From NCBI GenBank assembly GCA_951406725.2, contig OX597826.1:4216001-4280000 (forward strand): 64,000 nt of DNA, read 5' to 3'. Source of the stretch: Octopus vulgaris (Eukaryota). The translations under genes were made by a program, and so were the position numbers. A model generated the notes under the pieces. It was not told the DNA's origin. It ran no database searches and worked only from the letters and a program-made list of their open reading frames with translations. Below, one piece after another: positions 37,964-53,458 of the stretch. Numbering within the stretch: the stretch's first letter is position 1; each line of letters begins with the position of its first letter.

Positions 37964-38451
37964 AGAAGAAGATACACTTAACCTCAAAGGCATTCTAGAC
38001 ATGGCAACGTCAAAGTTTTTTCTCATCTGAAATCATTATCTATTTGATATTCGGTTGCTATTTCTAGCAAATCTAGCCACCACACACACACACACACACA
38101 CATACACACACACACACACAAACACACACACAAACACGCACACACACATATATATATGTATGCATATGTACTCTCGTATTTGTTTCTGGATGGTGACACG
38201 TGGTATCAAGCCTGAGCCAAACTTTCTGGAGACTGACAGAGTGCTGACGTGGGGGAGGGGTGGGGTGATTATTAAGGGTAGTGATGACGGATGCTGCAGA
38301 GTGTTTCTCATAATCTTTGCTATCATTTGATGTCAATTTATCAAACACAGGAAAATACATCCTCTGATGATGTTTGTGTGCATGTGAATGTTTGTGTCTC
38401 ACAAGGCGTGTATGTCTATGTTACGTGTATGTCCATGTGAAAATATATGTG

Positions 38452-38505
<54 letters not shown>

Positions 38506-38798
38506 TAGATATACATATACATATATATATATATATGCATATATGTGTATGTGTGTGTGCGTATAAGCGTGATACTATATATATATGTGTGTACGTGTGT
38601 GTTTATACATATATATATATATTACGTACATATAAAACTGTATGTATACACATATATGTACACACGCACATGTATATATATATATATACATATGTATCTA
38701 TGAATATGTACAGATAAATATATATGCACATTTATGTGTATATACATGCATACTTGCATAAATACACTGCAGCTATACACGATACACATTTATGTATG

Positions 38799-38836
<38 letters not shown>

Positions 38837-39512
38837 CACGTGAGCTAACAGATAGATATCAGTGGTTAAATATCTAATACGAACATTTTTTCGTCTCGTT
38901 AGTTCCTGTATTTCTATATGTAACTTTTAATCTTGTTCTCCCTCTAATAAATATTTTATTGGGTTACTTTTTTTTTATAGTTATCGGCTTTTTTATGCCT
39001 ATCAACACCAACACCAACACCACCAACAACAACAACACCAACTCCAACACGTGCGCAGACGCATAGAAAAATAAAGAAGTCTATCACCTTCCTAAACACA
39101 TCAGCTTCAAGCGCAAATGCATATGTTTGGTTGCATATATACGCTTGCGCATATCCGGAGTGACTGTGTTTGTATCATGTATATTTATGTGTTATGATGT
39201 CTAGCTATATGTTTCCGGTATTCATGTATGTATATATGTGTGTTTGTATGTATGAATGTATGTATGTATGTTTGTATATTTGTATGCATGTACGTATGTT
39301 TGCATGCTTGTGTGTATGTATGCGTGCATACATGTTTATATGTAAGTATGTATTTATGAATGTATATATGTTTATACATGTGCATCTATCGGATTCATAT
39401 ACATAAGCAGTTATGTGTGTATGTGTGTGCGTGTGTGTACAGGCATACATGCATATATATATGTATATGTATGTATTTATATATACATAATTGTGTGTGT
39501 ATGTGCATATAC

Positions 39513-39560
<48 letters not shown>

Positions 39561-39727
39561 ATACATACATACATATATAAATACATATATATATATATAT
39601 ACATACACACACACACATATATATATATATGTTCAGTGCGTGTTTGTGTTTGTTTGTTGTCTTTATTGTTTTGGCTTTTGTTTATCAAAGTGCGTTTATA
39701 AGTACGTATACGTGCGTGCTCTCCCCC

Positions 39728-39761
<34 letters not shown>

Positions 39762-40672
39762 TTCTCTCACCTTTTCTCACTCTATCTTTCTTTCTCTGTA
39801 TTTATGCATGCTTGTATGTATTCATACGTGTGTGGATCTGCTTGTGTTTGCATGTATGTCCGTGTGTGTGTGTGTGTGTGCGTGTGTCTTTGTATGTGTG
39901 TGTGTGTGTGTGTGTTTGTGTTTGTGTAGTGAATGCACGAAAACGTCTTTAATAGCGTGTTTCGGTGTGAGATGAAAGAGTGAGAAATATGGGTGTGTAC
40001 CATGAAAATAAAACGAAGATCAAAAGGTGACTAATTAAACCAGAATCAAGCGAGCGGAGAGGAGGGAAGAAATTTTTGTTGTGAAGGTAGGTGTGCGCGC
40101 GCTCGTTTGCGTGTGTGTGAGAACTTCTCAACACATCAACATTACTAGCAAGTTACTAACCACACATGCATGTACGCCCACATATAAACTCTAATACACA
40201 CTTTGTAATTACCAGCTGACTCTTCGAATTTTATCTTCTACAAGTTCTACTGGTTTTCTTTTAAGCGACTAACATAAAAAATACACAAGAAACTGCCAAG
40301 TTAGCACTCACATCAGTCAGATCGCTGCATGGACTCATATTATTGTGTTAATCCTAAAGTTAACTACACATTAACACATGCATATGCAGTTGTATTTGTG
40401 TGTGTGTTTAGGAAAGAAAGAGTTCATTTGCAAATTCTGCTACTAACAATATGATTACGAAGAAGAAAATAATATAGAACTCAATACCAGTGATGGAGTA
40501 AATACTATTTATTTTCCATTGGATATATGTATATATATATATTCTAATTGCAAAAGATTGTTGTGATTCTCTGTGGCGAATCCTAGGACAAGACTGACAG
40601 GTGAATCGAGAAACTTTCTTGTCGGATTTACTAGCAATTGGAGATTACTGAATTCTCAACCTTGCTTACCAG

Positions 40673-40716
<44 letters not shown>

Positions 40717-41590
40717 TTATAAATGTGGTTTTTCGGAAACTGGGGTTTGCTGCTGTTGTTACAGCTATGGACAAATAAAATCTGTTTTATCACAGGCCAC
40801 AGACTGGATAAGGACTCACTCGGCTTCCTGACTAGTATCTGGCACTGAGAGCATTGCGTTCTCCACTGCTGATTCTGGTAATATTTTGTGAACTACAAAA
40901 TTTTCTAGAACTTCTGGGGCCTCTAGGAGTTCTGGGATTTCTGACACTTGTCGATGGATCAGCAGCTATTCGCTTTAATTTTTTATTTAATGTTCGACCA
41001 AGTAGAAAGTCCATAAATTTGTTTTGCACTAACATGTGTAACAACTGAACTCTGCTCTGCCTCTGTATTCTCCTCACCTTTCATTCTGAACCCTCAACGG
41101 GACAGGGATCCAATATGAGTCTGTGATCTACGGGGACCTTTACGATTTGTACATCTAGTGAGACCTTGCCTTTCACACTTCATTCCCGTCACTTCGGCAC
41201 ACGAAGGTGGAAATGATTCAAAGATCAGCATCGCTGGCAATATCGTCTATTGTGACCTTCCTATTTTACAGACTACAGTAGGGCAGGTTCAGGGGTGTGA
41301 CATACGAAGTCATCACATCCCTTCGCTCCTATGTAGGGAGTAAATTTTACTGACATGCTTGAGCTGAACATCGCCTTAACAGAAGAAGTTGTTCAAAATG
41401 ACAGAGCATTGTTTTTCTTTCAAGAATAATCGGTCAATTTCCATAAGTTAATTGCCAATAAACCTGAACAAAAAAAAAAATCAATCACATTTTGAAAAAT
41501 ATTCGCAGAGGTTAATACTTAACGAAGCTGCGAAAACAAGACGTTTTGCCGTGGTAATAAATATCAACAACAAAATCAGTAACAACAACA

Positions 41591-41664
<74 letters not shown>

Positions 41665-41806
41665 GCACCGCCGTTAGTCGAGCAGATCGACGCCAGGACT
41701 TATTCTTTGTAAGCCTAGAATTTATTCTCTCGGTGTCTTTTACCGAACAGCTAAGTTACGGCGACGTAAACACACCAGCATCGGTTGTCAAGCGATGTTG
41801 GGAGGA

Positions 41807-41889
<83 letters not shown>

Positions 41890-42051
41890 GACGAGCTTCT
41901 TTCAGTTTCCGTCTACCAAATTCACTCACAAGGCTTTAGTCGGCCCGAAGCTATAGTAGAAGATACTTGCCTAAGGTACCACGCAGTGAGACTGAACTCG
42001 GAACCATGTGGCTGGTAAGCAAGCTACTTACCACACAGCCACTCCTGCGCC
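41665..42051 (-). mobile_element. SINE family A inside an (AAT)n tract
   Basis: Reverse complement of family A lacking the last ~40 nt of the tail; (AAT)n on both sides. Confidence 0.88.
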
Positions 42052-42093
<42 letters not shown>

Positions 42094-42386
42094 TGATGTT
42101 AGAATCAAGTAATATACTGAAATCGATTTAAAAGCGAAGCCTATATAACATAATTGATGCATTAGGCATTAGGCCACGAAGCTAAAAGGATGAAGGGAGC
42201 AAAATAATGATATTATGTAAAATTCATGATTTTCTCAGGAAATTAATAATGGTATCGATGAGGCGAATTACCTTACTTTACGAATCCATCTACGAATGTC
42301 ATCGTCTCAAAAGAGCAACATGTTTCTATGTGGTCGTTGCACCTGCGAAATTAACTGATAAATCTCCACCAAATCATACCTACTAC

Positions 42387-43428
42387 TTAACCCGTTGGTA
42401 TTACCCGAAGCATGCGAGACACTGCTCCGGTTTTTTTTTTGTCTAATGAGGCCACACAGACACACAAGTGCAAACGAGCTCATGTCTATTTACGTTCACC
42501 GTTACAATAACATAGCGTCGTACATTTACGCCTACCGGTTTATGAAAACGAACTATGTGAAGCTATTTATCATAATATGATATGCATGAGTTATTCTGCT
42601 CAAGTTCAGAAAATAGCTTGTGTGTGTTACAACTCAAAACACAGTATTATGCATGTAAAGTGTCCGCATGTCATTGGTCTACTGCTAGTCTCATGACTTG
42701 AGCGTAACCTAAAATAGCTAAGATAATGCACGGGACGGCGAGTGCACGCACCTCAAGAGATAAAGTACACTATAGGGAACGTACCGCAAATTCTCGAGTT
42801 TAGTTCGCCGATGAGTATAATACGCAGGGGATTTTTAGAGGGCTGTACTTCTGAAAATCCTAAACCTTGTGTATAATACGCACTTCTTCTCTAACTTGAG
42901 TCGAGGAGGTCTATATAATGTCCTTCGTTTGTAAAACTGTATACGGTAACGTACTTTATTATTATTGTATATATAACATAATGCAAACGTGTTGCGTGTT
43001 TGTGCATTTTGTTTGCAGAAAATAAAGAAATAACAGTAATAACGTTTAATAAAAGTTGCTTACTGCAAGTTATGGATGATTCTTTCATGACTTCATTGCT
43101 TTCAGGCTTAGCTTAAGGTATTTTCGCGCCCGACATCACAAAATGCGTCTGAATAAAAATTGCCGGACAGCAAATAGAGACTCGGACATTGCTTAGAAAA
43201 TAATTTTCATTTTTAACCTCGTATATTAGTACGCACTAGGGATTTTGACCTTTAAATTTTTGGGGAAAAAATGCGGATTATACTCGAGGATTTACGGTAA
43301 ACATAGGTCAACCGCTAAAATGTCCGTGATAGATGTAGGGTAGCTCTACATCGTATATTTACGTTAATAGCGGGTAGGCAAGCAAAAGTGTGATCGCATA
43401 TTTGCGTCAACCGTTGTCAAGGGGTTAA
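42387..43428. mobile_element. Possible piggyBac-type non-autonomous element (TTAA-CCC...GGG-TTAA)
   Basis: Left end TTAACCCGTTGG; right end (reverse complement) TTAACCCCTTGA. The match is short. Confidence 0.35.
42782..43299. mobile_element. Tc1/mariner-superfamily (pogo/Tc2-like) MITE with TA TSD
   Basis: TIRs TACCGCAAATTCTCGAGTTTAGTTCGC and (reverse complement) TACCGTAAATCCTCGAGTATAATCCGC; internal GTATAATACGCA subrepeats. Confidence 0.8.
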
Positions 43429-44767
43429 AACTAAATAGGTCGCATTAAATAATGTAATGTTAAACATCGCTGTAGAAACAGGAAGATCGTAGAAAGAATG
43501 TAATTAATCATATGTCTAGACAACCATATTTCACCTGTGGCTAAATAATAGCAACAGCATTCTTTTTACAAGCCATTTGTAATTCTCCTATTGTAGTCAC
43601 ACGACCTCCTAGTGATAGATGTACAACACCTGGAATGGTAGATGGGTTGGTCATGACTGGAGAGCTTTCGATCTTATAGCTGCAGAAACAAGATCCATCT
43701 GATGCTAAACAGCAGCAATACTCCTTCAAAATACTTATCTCTTTCTACAGCTATTTATAAAGAAACCAATATTTTAGGAAAGCTTTTGACAGTGCGCAGA
43801 TCTTAACTGTCATCTGTCCAATAACTTAGCATTCCAGATTTCGGTTATAAGTTATACAAGCTCCAGCTTAGACCCTTACAATGTTTAGACCTTTCAAAAG
43901 ACTTAATAGGCATATGCTTTCGATGTATGTTAGAACTTCTGGCCTGATCCTTTTTTTGAATAAAAAGGATTCTAAGTTTAAGACCTTGGCGAGACAAGTC
44001 AGAATTCGTCACTGTTTTATTGTCATAAACACGATGTGAAATTATGTCAAGCTAGCGAACGAAATTATATTCAATTCAAGGGAGGTTATAGGCTACCAAT
44101 AAGTCTTGGTGCTCTGTGGATTTTCTTTTTAAAAACGGCCTATTATTGTGGACAGAATTCCAGAGGTACTCAAACAATTCTTTCCATGATTATCCGTTTG
44201 TAACATCACAGCAACAAAGATCTTCTTGTACCAACATACTCATACGACTGTATTCCTCTTCTTGTCGATGCTGTCTCTCCTCTATTTCGCAGGAATCATA
44301 AATCGTTTAAGCCAACTAAAAATGACAGAGATTGCACCCTTTCCTGGCAATTATCCCCAAGAACACATAGGCTTAGCTCTTTGATAAATGTATAGCAAGA
44401 ACTGAAGATGTTGTGGATTGGTGGAATTTGCAACGGGTATCATGTATGTAACATATCACTTCATACAGACAAGCATGCACGCGAATACACACATCAATAC
44501 ACGCACACGCACACCTACGTATATACACTCTTTCTTTCGGTCTTTCGTCTCTATTTTTCACTTTCTCTTTCAAACATCTTTATTTCTACCTCTCTCTTTC
44601 TCTCACTTTTTTTGTCTCTAGCATTGTCTCTCTCGCACGCTCTTTTATCACCCTCTCTCTGTCCATCGCCCTGTTTTATAAGCACGCACCTACTCATCTC
44701 TCTTATGACACAAGCCCAAACACACACATATACACATAATCTGTCTGTCTCTGTCTGTCTCTCTCTT

Positions 44768-44866
<99 letters not shown>

Positions 44867-45294
44867 TTCGAATGCTCATAAACTCACACGCACTCATTTT
44901 TTCATCGTTTTCTTTGTTCCTCTCTCACAAGCAGACCAATACGCTCGCACGCACACAAATTCTCACACACTCGTTATTTCTCTCCCCACTTTCTATCCCA
45001 GCATCTCTCCCTCTCTCATTCAAAACTATAATCTCTCTCTTTCTCGACACTCTTTCCACTCACACACAAACACAAGTACGTTGTTTCTTTCTCCCCCTCT
45101 CTTCACTTCTCTATCAGTGTGTCTCCCTCTCTTAGTCTTTCTCTATCTCTCCCTATATCTCTTTGTCTTAATTTTCTTTCTTTCATTTGTGTCTTGGTTA
45201 GACGAACTTAGTTCTACATAAAAGTCATTCAAACCAAGTAGAAAATATGGAGTAATATTTTCTCCTACGTCTCATTAGTTCTTCCGTCAAACCA

Positions 45295-47120
45295 TGCATA
45301 ACACTGATCGATAACAGATCAATAGGCGGTGTGTCTAGTTGACCAATCTGGTAATACATGGCATCGATCAGTCACAGGTCAATGAATTGTCTCTAGTTGA
45401 TCCCTCATTTTATGGATAACACTGTTCGATAACAAATCGATTGATAGTGTGTCTAGTTGATCAAACAGGTAACATCGAGGAGTACAGTTCGATTGGTGGC
45501 ATGCAGGCAATCCCACGTGTTATAGAAAATACTGATCGATACAAAATCAATAAAATGTGACTTTTTGTTCGACTAGGTTACAGATAACATGAATAAATAA
45601 AATAACATTAGCTGGTTTGTCTGCTTAATGTGATAAGAGATAGATAATGAAATTAAAAAAAAAATCAATAGGTGATATGTCTAATTGATCAATCAAGCGT
45701 TAGATAAAGCTAATCAATATAAGATAGATCAGGGGTGTCTAGTTTACCGATTGTATTATAAAGTTGATCAATAACAGTTAAATCAATGGTGTCTAGTTGT
45801 TCGACTAATCGATACCTAATATTAATCAATAATATATCAATACGACCTTCTTTTCGATCGATCAAATGACTGATAACGCTCATCAATAAAAGATAAATCA
45901 ATAAGGACGGTTTAGTTAATCGACCAATGTTACAGATAACGCTAGTCAATGAAAGATCAATCTGATCAATCACATTATAGCTACCAGTGATCAATAAAAT
46001 ATCGATAAGTCATTCTCGCAGTTCGAGCATGTTATAGATAACATTAATCAATATTAAATCAATAAGCATGTCTGGTTCATCAATCACGCTTTAGATAGCA
46101 CTGATCAATATGTGATACCTAATTGATCGACTATGTAATAAGTAATGTTGATCAATAAGCGATCAATATGCGTTTGAAGTTGATCGACCGCTCTATAGAT
46201 AACACTGATCAAATGGAAAATCAATATGTGGTGTCTAGTTTATCGATCATGTATTAAATAAGTCGATCGACTACGCTATGGATAATATATATATTGGTCT
46301 TCCGTTGATCAAAGGAAGATCAATATATTTTGTCTAGTTATCCTGTTATAGATATGCTGATTAATCAAAGATCAATAGGTGTCCCTAATTGATTTTCACG
46401 TTATAGATAATATACATCGACGAAATATCAATAAGGGGTGTCTAGGTGATCTAGCATGTAATAGGTAACACTGATCAATGAAAAAACTAATATTCAGTGT
46501 CAATTTGATTCTCTAATCAATAACAATTTAATCTGTTGTATCTAGTTACAATCTCTTATTACAGATAATATTGATCACTGAAAGATCAACAGGTTTCTCT
46601 ATTTCATCGACTAATCCTAGATAACAAAGATCCATATGTGGCGTATTGACTTTGTATCATATTTGATAAATCAATGAGAAATCAATAGGCCTGTCTATTT
46701 GGTCGACAAATCCCAGACAAGAAAGAATCAATTTGAGGTGTATGGATGGTGTACTATCTTCGATAAATCAATGAAAGATCAGAAGGCCTATCCATTTGAT
46801 CGACTAATCCTAACTGACAAAGATCAATATGTATTGATAGTATGATATATTAGAGATATTATTGATCAGTGCAAGATGAATAGGCATATCTATTTGACCT
46901 GCTTCTGTTTTAAATTATGCGATATAGATCAATGATATAGATTATGATAGAGATCAATGCGAGATCACTAGTGATGATAAGATGATGACCACAACTTAGA
47001 TAACCGTGATTTATAAAACATTAATATTTGAGGATCCATTTGACTGATCAAGCTATAAATATCATAGATCAGTAACATATCAATTGAAAGGTATCTGGTT
47101 AATCGAAAACGAGTGAGATA
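45295..47120. repeat. Degenerate ~58-bp tandem array, roughly 30 units, GATC/ATCGAT-rich
   Basis: By-eye consensus ATAGATAACACTGATCAATAAAAGATCAATAGGTGTGTCTAGTTGATCGACCATGTT. Confidence 0.85.
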
Positions 47121-47564
47121 TCACTTGTTACGAACCAGCGTGGACATTCGTCTACTTGAAGAAGCAACCAAATCTGTTTAAAAATTGGCTGTGTCAGAAA
47201 TTCTGATCAATTGTCCGAGCATAATTAATTCAACTGCAGGATGTTGTCCAGTTTTTCATAATGTTTCCTATTTCATGATGTTTCCTATTCAGCTGCATTT
47301 ATTAAATTCATTCAGTTGTTAAATATAGATAAAACTTGAAATTAAATGGTTTTGACTTACAGTCTGCTGGCTTTTGGCCCACTCTGTAAACATACGTAAC
47401 ATTTTTGACATGCTTCACTCACTGGATGCGGTCATAGCCTGGTATTTTATGCTGTTAATCTCCTATTCTGTCTCTTTTCTGCCTACGGTGTTATATATTT
47501 GGTTTTGCACATAGTGTTGTTCTAGAGAATGTTTAAATGGACATAAGATTTTTTTAATTTGAAA

Positions 47565-48912
47565 TTACATACACAGTATCTTACGTAGAATATGGGCAGG
47601 TCTCATAAGCACTATCTTTTGAATTTCTGCCATTTTGGAGTTTCTTGGTATCTGAGCTTGGTACAATCAGCCCCTTTTGCTATCATTCCTAGGGCACCTA
47701 TGAAAACAGGTAGTGTATTAGTTTTGAGGTTCCACATTTTGCCAATTTCTATTTCAAGATCTTTATACTTGCTCAGTTTTTGGTAGGTCTTGACAGATAC
47801 ATACATATCAATTGGGACAGTCATATCAATGAGGAGGCATGATTTTTGTCTGTTGACATATATAACATGGTAGGCTACCACCGGTGTTTAATATATTGGC
47901 TTAGTAGCTCCTTGTAGGCAGGTATTGATCTTGGGCTGCTATTATAAGCCCTTCTGTTTTTGATTTTAAGGCAGAAGACACTAACCTTTGATGGATAAGG
48001 GCTGTCTCAATATCGGCGGTATTAGCTCTCTGCGTATTTGCCATTGAGAGTTCTTTCTAGCCATTTCTCAGTAAGAATATCTAAGGTAGCAATTTTAGCA
48101 CGGGTTTTCATACGCTTAGTTTTTTCTGTGCTTGTTCCCAGTACGTCTAATTCTGGGATTTGTTACATTTGGAATTCACTTAGATATTCCTTTACCTGTT
48201 TTGTTTTGAGTATGATGCTTTTTTGTTTTCATGTTTTAAGACAAGTTTTAACATCCAGTCATCAGAGTTTTTCAGGTAGGTGTCTAGGCCAATTGTGCCA
48301 ATCTTCATTGTTAGTGCCAGTTGCAAAAGTCCACAGCCACCCTCTTTTCTTGGCAAGTAAAGTCGTTCTATATTTGACTTAGGGTGGTGCATTCTATGCA
48401 TTGTCAACAATTTTCGTATTTTTCTGACAAGACTACATATTTCAGTAATTGATCAGTTAACGATATTGAAACTGTAAGTCACGACTGGTATGGTTAAAGC
48501 ATTGATCGCTTCGATCCTGTTTCTTGCATTCAGCTCTGTCTTGAGTATTGCTCTTACTCTGCGATAACATTCTCTCCTGATCCTTTCCTTCATCACTGAA
48601 TGTTTGATTCCGTCCCCTTCAAATACCCCTAAGTATTTGTAGCTCTCGGCTGGTTCTAACTCCTTTGTGACATTCTGCTGTTCAAGAATAACTTTGGGTG
48701 TTTCTGTCATTTTTCCTTTGATTAAGGTAGCTCTTATTATTTATCGAGGCCAAATTGCATCCTGATGTCATCACTGAATTACTTAACCTATTAAGCCCTG
48801 TAGTTGTTGGTCATTTTTGCAAAGAGCTTTAAATCATCCATGTAAATTAGATGCTTTATATATTTATCAAGCATTTTATAACCGTATTGCACATCATTAA
48901 GTAATTTAGAGA
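47565..48912 (-). mobile_element. Second R4/Dong-clade copy, decayed, with internal deletion
   Basis: ORF fragments 47612, 48192 and 48453 closely match the 5793 protein. Multiple frameshifts; CCHC-to-RPD segment missing near 47855-47890. Confidence 0.9.
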
Positions 48913-49762
48913 AGATTTGAACCAGTAGCAATTTCGAGAAGATTTGAACCAGTATCTGAAATTTCGTACCGAATCTGGTTCATCATTCGACTCCGCGGTC
49001 CTTGGTGTTCTGGGTGATGACCGACTCGGTTTGTATTTTACTTCGTCTTCATTGAGGCAAGACGAGATTGGACGTTGACATAAGGAGACGGATCTGTCTG
49101 TTTAGGTTTAATTTTTTGAGACAACACCGTCTCCGACTTCTCTGCGTGTAAACATTGCTCGTAACGTAGATTCTTAAGTCTAACAGATTTGTACTCGTCT
49201 GTATTTTCTTGTTGATAGATTTATCTCCGGGCATAGTTTTTTGTGGTGTTTTTAAACTTATAAATTACACATTCTGTGTTAGAAAAAAAAATTGTTTTGT
49301 TTTGTTTTTTGTTTTTGCTTTGTTTGTGGCACGTGTTTTCATATGCGTGTATGTGTGTCCTATAAATTTTACGTAGTTGTATAACCATTGGGATGTATGT
49401 GTAGTCCTATGGGTATTAAAATGTACATATGATTGTCTAGGCATTCGAGTGTATGCGCAATTACTCAATTTATGTATTTACTATTTTGTTCCATTTATAT
49501 TTTATAATTTGCAAACTCTCCGGTGTTGATTTCGTGTGTGTGTTTCGCACATGTTTCACTGAGACATCGTGCATGGGAGAAACTGTTCTTTGTATTGCAG
49601 TAAAATTTCGTTTTTGTTATAAGTTTCGTTAAAAGGCCTCTTCCTGCAAGTCTTCCACGGGTTCCTATATCCCATACCACCGAAGTTCTTAGATTAGATT
49701 TGTTTTTGAATGGAGAGCTCGGTGTAGCACATCCATGTTGTTATTTCTCGCGGAGCTGAATC

Positions 49763-49797
<35 letters not shown>

Positions 49798-50095
49798 CTT
49801 CGGACCACAGCGTAGGTAAAAGTGCACCGGAGTCTTTAGTCATCTGTCAAGTCACAACAATGACCTCAGACAGATCATACTTTCCTTAGGTTGTGCGCTA
49901 TGCCCAATAAATCTCCTTTTTGCATGGGATTTTCAGTTGCCTTAGTAAGTCTTGAAGTTTCAAAGGGGTTGAGCCCAAAGCTCCGATCACCACTGGTTTC
50001 ACTTTTACATTACTCTCTCCTATTCCATACAGTGTTGCCATTTTTACTTTCAATTCGGATCATTTGGGAATTTTTCAACCTCTTTACTCACAACA
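49798..50095 (-). mobile_element. Third, divergent R4/Dong-like 3' end abutting (TAA)n
   Basis: Minus strand VKVKPVVIGALGSTP...MQKGDLLGIAHNLRKV parallels IPVVIGALG...QKIVLMGTAHILRKILS; (TTA)n at 49764-49797. Confidence 0.7.
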
Positions 50096-50111
50096 TTCAT
50101 GTCATCTGGTA

Positions 50112-51162
<1,051 letters not shown>

Positions 51163-51542
51163 TCTTTACATAATCTCTCAACATATTTTCATGTCATCAT
51201 ACCGACACTAATAAATAGTCCACAGGGAATTATAGCGAACCATAGCCAAACCGACATTCTCAACCATTTTCTTTCTCTTTCCTCTTTCACGCTCACTATT
51301 TCGCAACCACATCCCTTTCTTTTTTTCTTTCTCTATCTCTCTCTCTCTCTTTCTCTCTCCTCTGTCTCGTCTTATATGCTTTTCTTTACACGTTGTCTAT
51401 ACGGATTTCAAGTTGAGTAAGCTAAATTACCTAACTACATGAAATCAAAGACACTCGAGGTGCCTTAGAGAGTATTTGACTTCATTGAGTTTTTCAGAAA
51501 AAAAGTTTCAATGACTCATATAGTGTTTCTGTGCCTGAAAAT

Positions 51543-51658
<116 letters not shown>

Positions 51659-51693
51659 ATATGTATGTATGTATGTATGTATGGATTGATGGA

Positions 51694-51734
<41 letters not shown>

Positions 51735-52811
51735 TATATACATATTTATATATATATACATACATATACACATATATATATATGTGTGTGTGTATGGCCA
51801 TATGCAAGTATATATGAGTGCTTATGCACATGTATATATATATGTATGTATATATATGTTCATATAAATGCATACACAGACACATATATCTATGAACATT
51901 TGCATATTTGGGTATATTACTCAGAAACATATATGCGATAAATAATATATGCAGGCATCTATTTCTACAAGCATGTATTTGTATATGTATGTGCATTTGC
52001 ATGTATATATTTATTGTGTGAGTGTGTGCCTGTTAGTGTGTGTGCGTGTGTGTGTGTTTTGACATTAGTGTGTCTTGATAAGATGGACCCAAAATTTCCT
52101 TATCTGGAGATTACAAACTGTACCCAACTTTCAACTTCCGGGAGCTTAACTCTTGCGTTTTTGCCTATCACCATCTTTAGCTTCGCCATATTTGTTTCGA
52201 TTCGAAAGTGGCAACTACGGCAATATATCTAAAACACAAGTGGTTCAGAATAAAACTCTAGGATCATAGGGTGTTCATGCCTTTCCTTATCAATAACCAC
52301 AATAAAACTGTGAATCTGGGGTGAATTAGTTTCAACTGAGGATAAAAAGACAGATCTGAAGATCGTCCGATATGGACAATACTTGTCGATATTAACGAAC
52401 CATGAATATTTAGCATACATGTATTACACTATTGTGCTAAAATATGTGTCTCTTGCTGCATGTATTAAAGTGCAGTTATTTATGCTATAGCTGCATATGC
52501 ACATTCTGCTGCTATCAGCACTGCTAATGCTGCTGCAAGTAGCCATGCTCTGGCTATTACTACTACTGCTTCTCTACACTGACTGCTGCAGCAAAATTTG
52601 CAATTGTGAAGATGGCTCTCAGCTGCAGCGTTAGCAGCAGTAGGCGCTGCTTGCGATGCTAGATGTTGCTTTTGCATTTGTGTGTGTATGTGTGTTTGTT
52701 GCGTGTGCATCCATACCCGGAACACACACGCATATATAGATAGATGGATAGATGGATGGATAGACAGATAGATAGATGAATGGATGGATGGATAGGTAGA
52801 TAGATAGATAT

Positions 52812-52861
<50 letters not shown>

Positions 52862-52886
52862 GGATAGATAGCTGGATGGATGGATG

Positions 52887-52979
<93 letters not shown>

Positions 52980-53178
52980 ATTGATCGATCGATAGATAGA
53001 TTAGTAAATAGATATAGATTGGTAGATTGATATAGCTAAATAAATATAGATATATTTCCTTCTTAACCACACAGGGCTGAACACAGAGGGGACAAATTAC
53101 AAAGTAGAGCTTTACTTTTGGGGGAGAAAAAAAAGATGGGAGTAGGTTTTCGAGGCAGATAGATGGAAAGATAGATGC

Positions 53179-53215
<37 letters not shown>

Positions 53216-53397
53216 TAGGCAGATAGATAACGGACAGACAGACACATAGATAGCAAAATAGAGCGAGTTACCGAGAAAGAGACACAGAGAGAAAGAGAAG
53301 GAGACAGACAGACAGACAGACAGACAGGTAGACATACACAGATGTTTATTTGTAAGTGCTTTCGTGTGCATGCGTGAGTAGGGATGCATGTATATGC

Positions 53398-53458
<61 letters not shown>

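Noticed and set aside
37961-38032. Possible micro-exon beside the polypyrimidine tract
   Set aside because: Acceptor-like sites occur on both strands, but there is no convincing donor, partner exon or recognisable peptide.
40790-41090. Possible Gypsy integrase C-terminal remnant or exon
   Set aside because: Only a vague resemblance; stops in candidate frames and no catalytic motif.
43770-43800. FRKAFDS RT-like motif
   Set aside because: Isolated 7-residue match; I could not extend it to other RT motifs.
45295-47120. CRISPR-like array or repeat-protein exon
   Set aside because: No identical repeats with unique spacers, no cas genes, eukaryotic context, variable unit length and frequent stops.
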